Shown in pieces: positions 30,480 through 34,696 of a DNA stretch of 34,696 nucleotides. The notes below the pieces were generated by a model. It saw nothing but the letters and a program-made list of their open reading frames with translations, was not told the origin of the DNA and did not search any database. Position numbers and translations under genes: made by a program. Source of the stretch: a candidate division WOR-3 bacterium (GTDB lineage Bacteria; Hydrothermota; UBA3072; B12-G15); the NCBI GenBank assembly GCA_965649055.1, contig CBFGJG010000020.1, positions 1 through 34,696 of the forward strand. The letters run 5' to 3'. How positions within the stretch are numbered: the first letter of the stretch is position 1; each line of letters begins with the position of its first letter.

Positions 30480-31612
30480 CCGAATCCTGCAAGAAGTCTA
30501 TTACCAGCCATCTTCAGCTGTGTTTTTGATTTTAAGAAATTAAAACGAACATATTTCTCACCTGATTTTTTATCATTGTAAAATATAGAACCAGGTGCTA
30601 CCGCTATTTTTTTATTTTTAAGAAGATATTGTGTAAAAGCCCAGTCGTTTCCATCCCAGATATTTTCAAAAGAAGAGAATATATAGCATCCACCTTCAGG
30701 TTGTTGAAAATCAAAACCTGCTTTTTTCAACACCTTTGTCCAAAAATCTTTTTTTTCTTTCACATATTCATTATACTTTTTCTTAAAAGGTTCATCAATT
30801 TTGAATTGTTCTAATGCCCACTGGAATGGAGAAGGTGCACAACCACCAATGTAATCGTGCACAACCCTTATATCCTTCATAAGACTTTCCTTTGCAGCAA
30901 GATATCCTATTCTCCATCCGGTAACAGATAGGAATTTTGAAAAGCTGCCCACAACTATTGTTTTATCAACAAGTTCTTTTATCTTTAAAGGTGAAAAATA
31001 ATCATTTTCAAAACAAATATATTTGTTCGTTTCATCCCAGAGAATTATTGCTTCCTTCTCAAGGACGTTTTTTCCTATCTTTGTTATTTCATTCTTATCA
31101 AAGACCCTACCAGTTGGATTATGTGGTGAATTTAAGATAATCATTTTATACGATGGTAATTGCTCTATCTCCTGTTCTGTTATGTTGAATGTGCTTTTTT
31201 TCAATTTTAGAAAAACAGGTTTTCCCCTTGCAAGAAGAATTACCGGAATATAATTTTCATAATATGGTTCTGGAACAACAACATTCATTTCGCCTTCAAT
31301 CTGTGAAAAAATCGATATTGCAATTCCTTCAGTAGAACCTAAGGTGATAATAATTTCATTTTCAGGGTCAAATTCTACACCTGTTTCTTCATATATTAAT
31401 TGAGAAACCTTTCTTCTTAATTCTTTTTTTCCATATATATGAGTATAACTGTTGAAATCACCTTTTATTGCTTCAACTGCAAAATCAGTAAGTTTTTCAG
31501 GCGGAAGCGGGTCACTTATCTCTTCAATCATATCGATTGCGTCATTTAATTTTGCCTGAATAGCAAGTTCACTAATTATTGATGGTTTTATTTCATTCAG
31601 TATAGTTATCAT
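30476..31612 (-). CDS. PLP-dependent aminotransferase class I/II
   Basis: NSPHNPTG, WDE, GSFSK...TGWRIGY, PGSIF and VRFNF motifs. Confidence 0.88.
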   Translation of the reverse strand: MITILNEIKPSIISELAIQAKLNDAIDMIEEISDPLPPEKLTDFAVEAIKGDFNSYTHIYGKKELRRKVSQLIYEETGVEFDPENEIIITLGSTEGIAISIFSQIEGEMNVVVPEPYYENYIPVILLARGKPVFLKLKKSTFNITEQEIEQLPSYKMIILNSPHNPTGRVFDKNEITKIGKNVLEKEAIILWDETNKYICFENDYFSPLKIKELVDKTIVVGSFSKFLSVTGWRIGYLAAKESLMKDIRVVHDYIGGCAPSPFQWALEQFKIDEPFKKKYNEYVKEKKDFWTKVLKKAGFDFQQPEGGCYIFSSFENIWDGNDWAFTQYLLKNKKIAVAPGSIFYNDKKSGEKYVRFNFLKSKTQLKMAGNRLLAGFG

Positions 31613-33021
31613 AATACATTATCAATAGGCAGTCTGTATCCTGCCTGTTGTAGGGTATCCAGCATACTTTTTTTATCAATAGCCTTTACATATGCTTCCA
31701 TAGGTTCAATGATACCTTGTTTTACAAGATTAAAGAGACTTTCATTCATCGTAATCATACCAAGTTGTTTCTGTGTCTGGATAACAGAATTTATTTGATA
31801 AGTTTTCCCTTCTCTTATAAGATTCGAAACTGCAGGTGTTACAATAAGAATCTCCATTGCTGCGATTCTCCCGCTGCCTTTTTTCTTACATAGTGTCTGT
31901 GTAATTACTGCCTTTAGTTCATCTGCAAGCAGTATTCTTATCTGTTCCTGCTGGTCTGGTGGGAACTGGTCTATTATTCTATCAACAGTAGATGATGCGG
32001 TTGTTGTGTGTAATGTTGAGAAAACAAGATGACCGGTTTCTGCTGTCTCAAGAGCAATCTGGATTGTTTCAAGGTCCCTCATTTCACCTATAAGAACAAC
32101 ATCAGGGTCTTCCCTTAATGCTGCTCTTAGAGACCTTGCAAACGATTCAGCACTAACACCTATTTCTCTCTGTGTTATAACACAATTTTTGTTTTCATGA
32201 ACGTATTCAATAGGGTCTTCTATCGTTATTATATGGTCCTTTCTAACATTGTTTACAAGGTCAATCAACGCACAAAGTGTTGTGGATTTCCCGCTACCGG
32301 TTGGACCTGTCACAAGGACAAGACCTTTTGAAAGATAGCAAAGATTTCTTATATGAACTGGCAGATTCAGGTCATCTGCAGTTACAACTTTTATAGGAAT
32401 CGCCCTGAAAGCACCACATATACCCTTTCTTTCTTTATAAATATTGACCCTGAACCTTGATAAATCCTTTATTTCATATGCGAAGTCTGTATCATTTCTT
32501 TTCTCAAGTTCTTCCTGATACCTTTTTTCCATTATCGGGAATAACATTCTTTTAGTATCTTCTGAAGTTAATTTTTTATAATTTGTCATTTTCACAAGTG
32601 AGCCGTCAATCCTGAAAATAGGATATTCATCAACCTTTAAATGAAGGTCAGAACCTTTTTTCTTAATTAATTCCCTTAAAAGTATTTCAAGCTCACTTTT
32701 TCCATTTGATAAAGTAGTTCCTTGTATCACTTCAGGTGAGGATGCTTTCATTAAACAGGATATTTTTCCACCTTCGTTCTTCACAAAGACTTTTATATCG
32801 TTATAATTAAAATCGATATTTTTTACAAAACTGATTTGTTCAAAAATATCTTTTGGTGCTATCTCTTTCAGAAAAGTTAAAATATTCTGATTTGTCAGAA
32901 CAGAATCAGAAATTTCAATTATCCTATCTTCTTTTTTTCCTTCAGGTTTTTTACCTGCTTCAAGTGTTATTTGTATAAATCCTTCATTAAAATATTTTAA
33001 TATAGTATCGGCTATTCCCAT
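31609..33021 (-). CDS. pilT: PilT-family type IV pilus retraction ATPase with N-terminal extension
   Basis: GSDLHL, RFRVN, GPTGSGKSTT, TIEDPIE, LREDPD..LIGEMRD, AETGHLVFSTLHT and AVSNLIRE motifs. Confidence 0.9.
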   Translation of the reverse strand: MGIADTILKYFNEGFIQITLEAGKKPEGKKEDRIIEISDSVLTNQNILTFLKEIAPKDIFEQISFVKNIDFNYNDIKVFVKNEGGKISCLMKASSPEVIQGTTLSNGKSELEILLRELIKKKGSDLHLKVDEYPIFRIDGSLVKMTNYKKLTSEDTKRMLFPIMEKRYQEELEKRNDTDFAYEIKDLSRFRVNIYKERKGICGAFRAIPIKVVTADDLNLPVHIRNLCYLSKGLVLVTGPTGSGKSTTLCALIDLVNNVRKDHIITIEDPIEYVHENKNCVITQREIGVSAESFARSLRAALREDPDVVLIGEMRDLETIQIALETAETGHLVFSTLHTTTASSTVDRIIDQFPPDQQEQIRILLADELKAVITQTLCKKKGSGRIAAMEILIVTPAVSNLIREGKTYQINSVIQTQKQLGMITMNESLFNLVKQGIIEPMEAYVKAIDKKSMLDTLQQAGYRLPIDNVL

Positions 33022-33023
33022 TG

Positions 33024-33485
33024 TTATCCTTTCAGTTTAATTTCTATAATACAGTTTTTATTAAGAAGTATTAATTCATCGTTTATTAAACCATTGATAA
33101 ATGTAGGAGAATGGTTAAGAAAATCATAAATCCTGTTATGAAAAGTGTTTGGGTCAAATCTTATCTTACATTCTATCCGATCTCCGTCTATGAAACGGAT
33201 ATTACAATTTTCTTCTTTATAAACAACATTTGTATATAAAGCTTCTTCTTCTTCCTTATTTTTTATTGTTATCATTTTTATTGAACTCTTTTTAAAAAAA
33301 TGTAGTCCGTTTTCGTTTTTAAAAGCAATAAATTCATCTGCTGAGTTCATATATTCATATAGAGTTTCTCTTCCCTGATGAAATCTGCTCGCTTCTGGAA
33401 GAAATAAAAAACCAGTTAATTTATCACTAAAAAGCGGAATTATATCAATTTCAACCTTTACTTTTTTTATTACGAAATCTTCCAT
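33024..33485 (-). CDS. Hypothetical protein with two internal repeats
   Basis: 153-aa ORF coupled to both neighbours. The halves resemble each other (TLYEYMNSADEFI..FFKKSSI / RIYDFLNHSPTFI..LLNKNCI). Confidence 0.7.
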   Translation of the reverse strand: MEDFVIKKVKVEIDIIPLFSDKLTGFLFLPEASRFHQGRETLYEYMNSADEFIAFKNENGLHFFKKSSIKMITIKNKEEEEALYTNVVYKEENCNIRFIDGDRIECKIRFDPNTFHNRIYDFLNHSPTFINGLINDELILLNKNCIIEIKLKG

Positions 33486-34549
33486 CTTTGTGGTATCGTA
33501 ATTTTGAATGTTGTTCCTTCATTCGGTTTGCTCTGGACTTCAATCTTACCTTCATGGTCATCAATTATCTTTTTCACAACAGTCATTCCTAAACCTGTTC
33601 CGACCTTCCCAAAAGAAAAGAAAGGTTCAAAAATTCTTTCCAGAACATATGGCTGCATACCAATACCGGTATCTTTCACAATAAGTTGAACATATTCATC
33701 GTTCTTTTTAATTTTAATATCAATTGTTCCTTTTTTCTCTATGGCTTCAACGCTGTTTTTTAATAGATTATTCAAAACCCTTTTGAATTTATTAGGATCT
33801 ATCTCGGCAAAAATATTTTCGTCCGATTCAATTCTAATATTAATATCTTTATCTTTAATTGTCTTTGAAAAAACATTCACAAAGTCCGTAATAAACTCTT
33901 TAAGATTCACTTTTTGATATAGAATTGAAGTTTTTTCCCTTCCAAACTCAAGTATCTCTTCAATCATATTCAGGATATAATCAACTGCTTCATTCATAGT
34001 TTCAAGGTATGATTTCGTTTCACCATCTAAATTTTTATCCTTTAATAGACCTATATAACCTTTTATTGCAGCAAGTGGGGATTTTAAATCATGTATTATT
34101 GTCGAAGAAAGTTTACCTATTGTTGCAAGCCTTTCTTCCTGAAACTCCTTTTCTACTATATATTCAGTTAATTTTCTCAATCTATTTGACAAGATTTTAA
34201 GAATGCTTATAGCAATATTTGTTTTTTCCTTTAGTAATTTCAGAAAGCTATCACCTGTAATTCTATAGACCTGTGTTTTTTCTATTGTCTCTATGGTTGC
34301 AGACCTTGGGAGCTCTTCAATCGAAGCCATTTCACCGAATACATCACCTTTTTTTAATGTCGCAAGTATCTTACCTTTTCTCTTTACAAAGACACTTCCA
34401 CTTTTAATAATAAAAACTTCTTTGCTTTTCTCACCTTCTTTTATAACCGTAAATTTAGGAGGATAATCCAGAATGTCAACAAAACCGAATATTTGTTTTA
34501 TTTCTTCTTCCGAAAGTTCTGAAAAGATATCTCTTAAATTATAATCCAT
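33470..34549 (-). CDS. Soluble histidine kinase with N-terminal cyclic-nucleotide-binding domain
   Basis: FGEMA....PRSAT cNMP motif, H-box IHDLKSPL, N-box NLLKNSVEA, DTGIG and GTGLG. ATG 34549 is preferred. Confidence 0.9.
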   Translation of the reverse strand: MDYNLRDIFSELSEEEIKQIFGFVDILDYPPKFTVIKEGEKSKEVFIIKSGSVFVKRKGKILATLKKGDVFGEMASIEELPRSATIETIEKTQVYRITGDSFLKLLKEKTNIAISILKILSNRLRKLTEYIVEKEFQEERLATIGKLSSTIIHDLKSPLAAIKGYIGLLKDKNLDGETKSYLETMNEAVDYILNMIEEILEFGREKTSILYQKVNLKEFITDFVNVFSKTIKDKDINIRIESDENIFAEIDPNKFKRVLNNLLKNSVEAIEKKGTIDIKIKKNDEYVQLIVKDTGIGMQPYVLERIFEPFFSFGKVGTGLGMTVVKKIIDDHEGKIEVQSKPNEGTTFKITIPQRWKIS

Positions 34550-34668
34550 AATATTAAATATAATATACATTTTATTTATTTGTCAAGATAAATATTAAAT
34601 AGTTGTGGAAAAGATCATGCACATGGTGGTACAGTTAAGATAGTGAAGATAGGGGTAATGAATGAAGA

Positions 34669-34696
34669 GAGGATTGCCCTGGGGAGGGCAATCCTC
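34669..34696. terminator. Perfect 12-bp hairpin at the window end (terminator or repeat element)
   Basis: GAGGATTGCCCT-GGGG-AGGGCAATCCTC. Downstream context is not visible. Confidence 0.45.

Noticed and set aside
34590..34696. ncRNA or riboswitch upstream of the terminal hairpin
   Set aside because: No recognisable conserved motif, and the context is cut by the window edge.

Overview
AT-rich chromosomal segment of a diderm bacterium. TonB, OmpA and T9SS/FlgD-type C-terminal domains suggest an FCB-related lineage (inference). The left ~13 kb is accessory-looking: tandem paralogous lipoproteins behind a permuted NlpC/P60-like lipoprotein, phasin-like/UbiB, MATE, TonB-dependent receptor/TonB, a YCF48-like propeller and a T9SS-type secreted protein. 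It is punctuated by four copies of a 24-bp motif, one of which directly abuts a truncated ABC-F remnant. It ends in a ~670-bp array of structure-conserved palindromic units (GATTNCCAC-hairpin-TCGN'AATGAC). The centre holds a membrane PPase, glyQ (apparent ATT start), glyS, yjbQ and a G1P-dehydrogenase-like gene. Next is a stand-alone 23S rRNA gene (no adjacent 16S, tRNA or 5S) with a group I intron after U1951 encoding a LAGLIDADG endonuclease, and an apparent U752-A2609 swap in the exit tunnel. An OmpA-family gene with an apparent ATA start begins 18 nt after the 23S processing stem. The right part has mscL, a disrupted secreted protein, a membrane/TPR protein, a lipoprotein, an NTPase and a cNMP-kinase/pilT/aminotransferase operon. 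All calls were made by eye, with no database searches.
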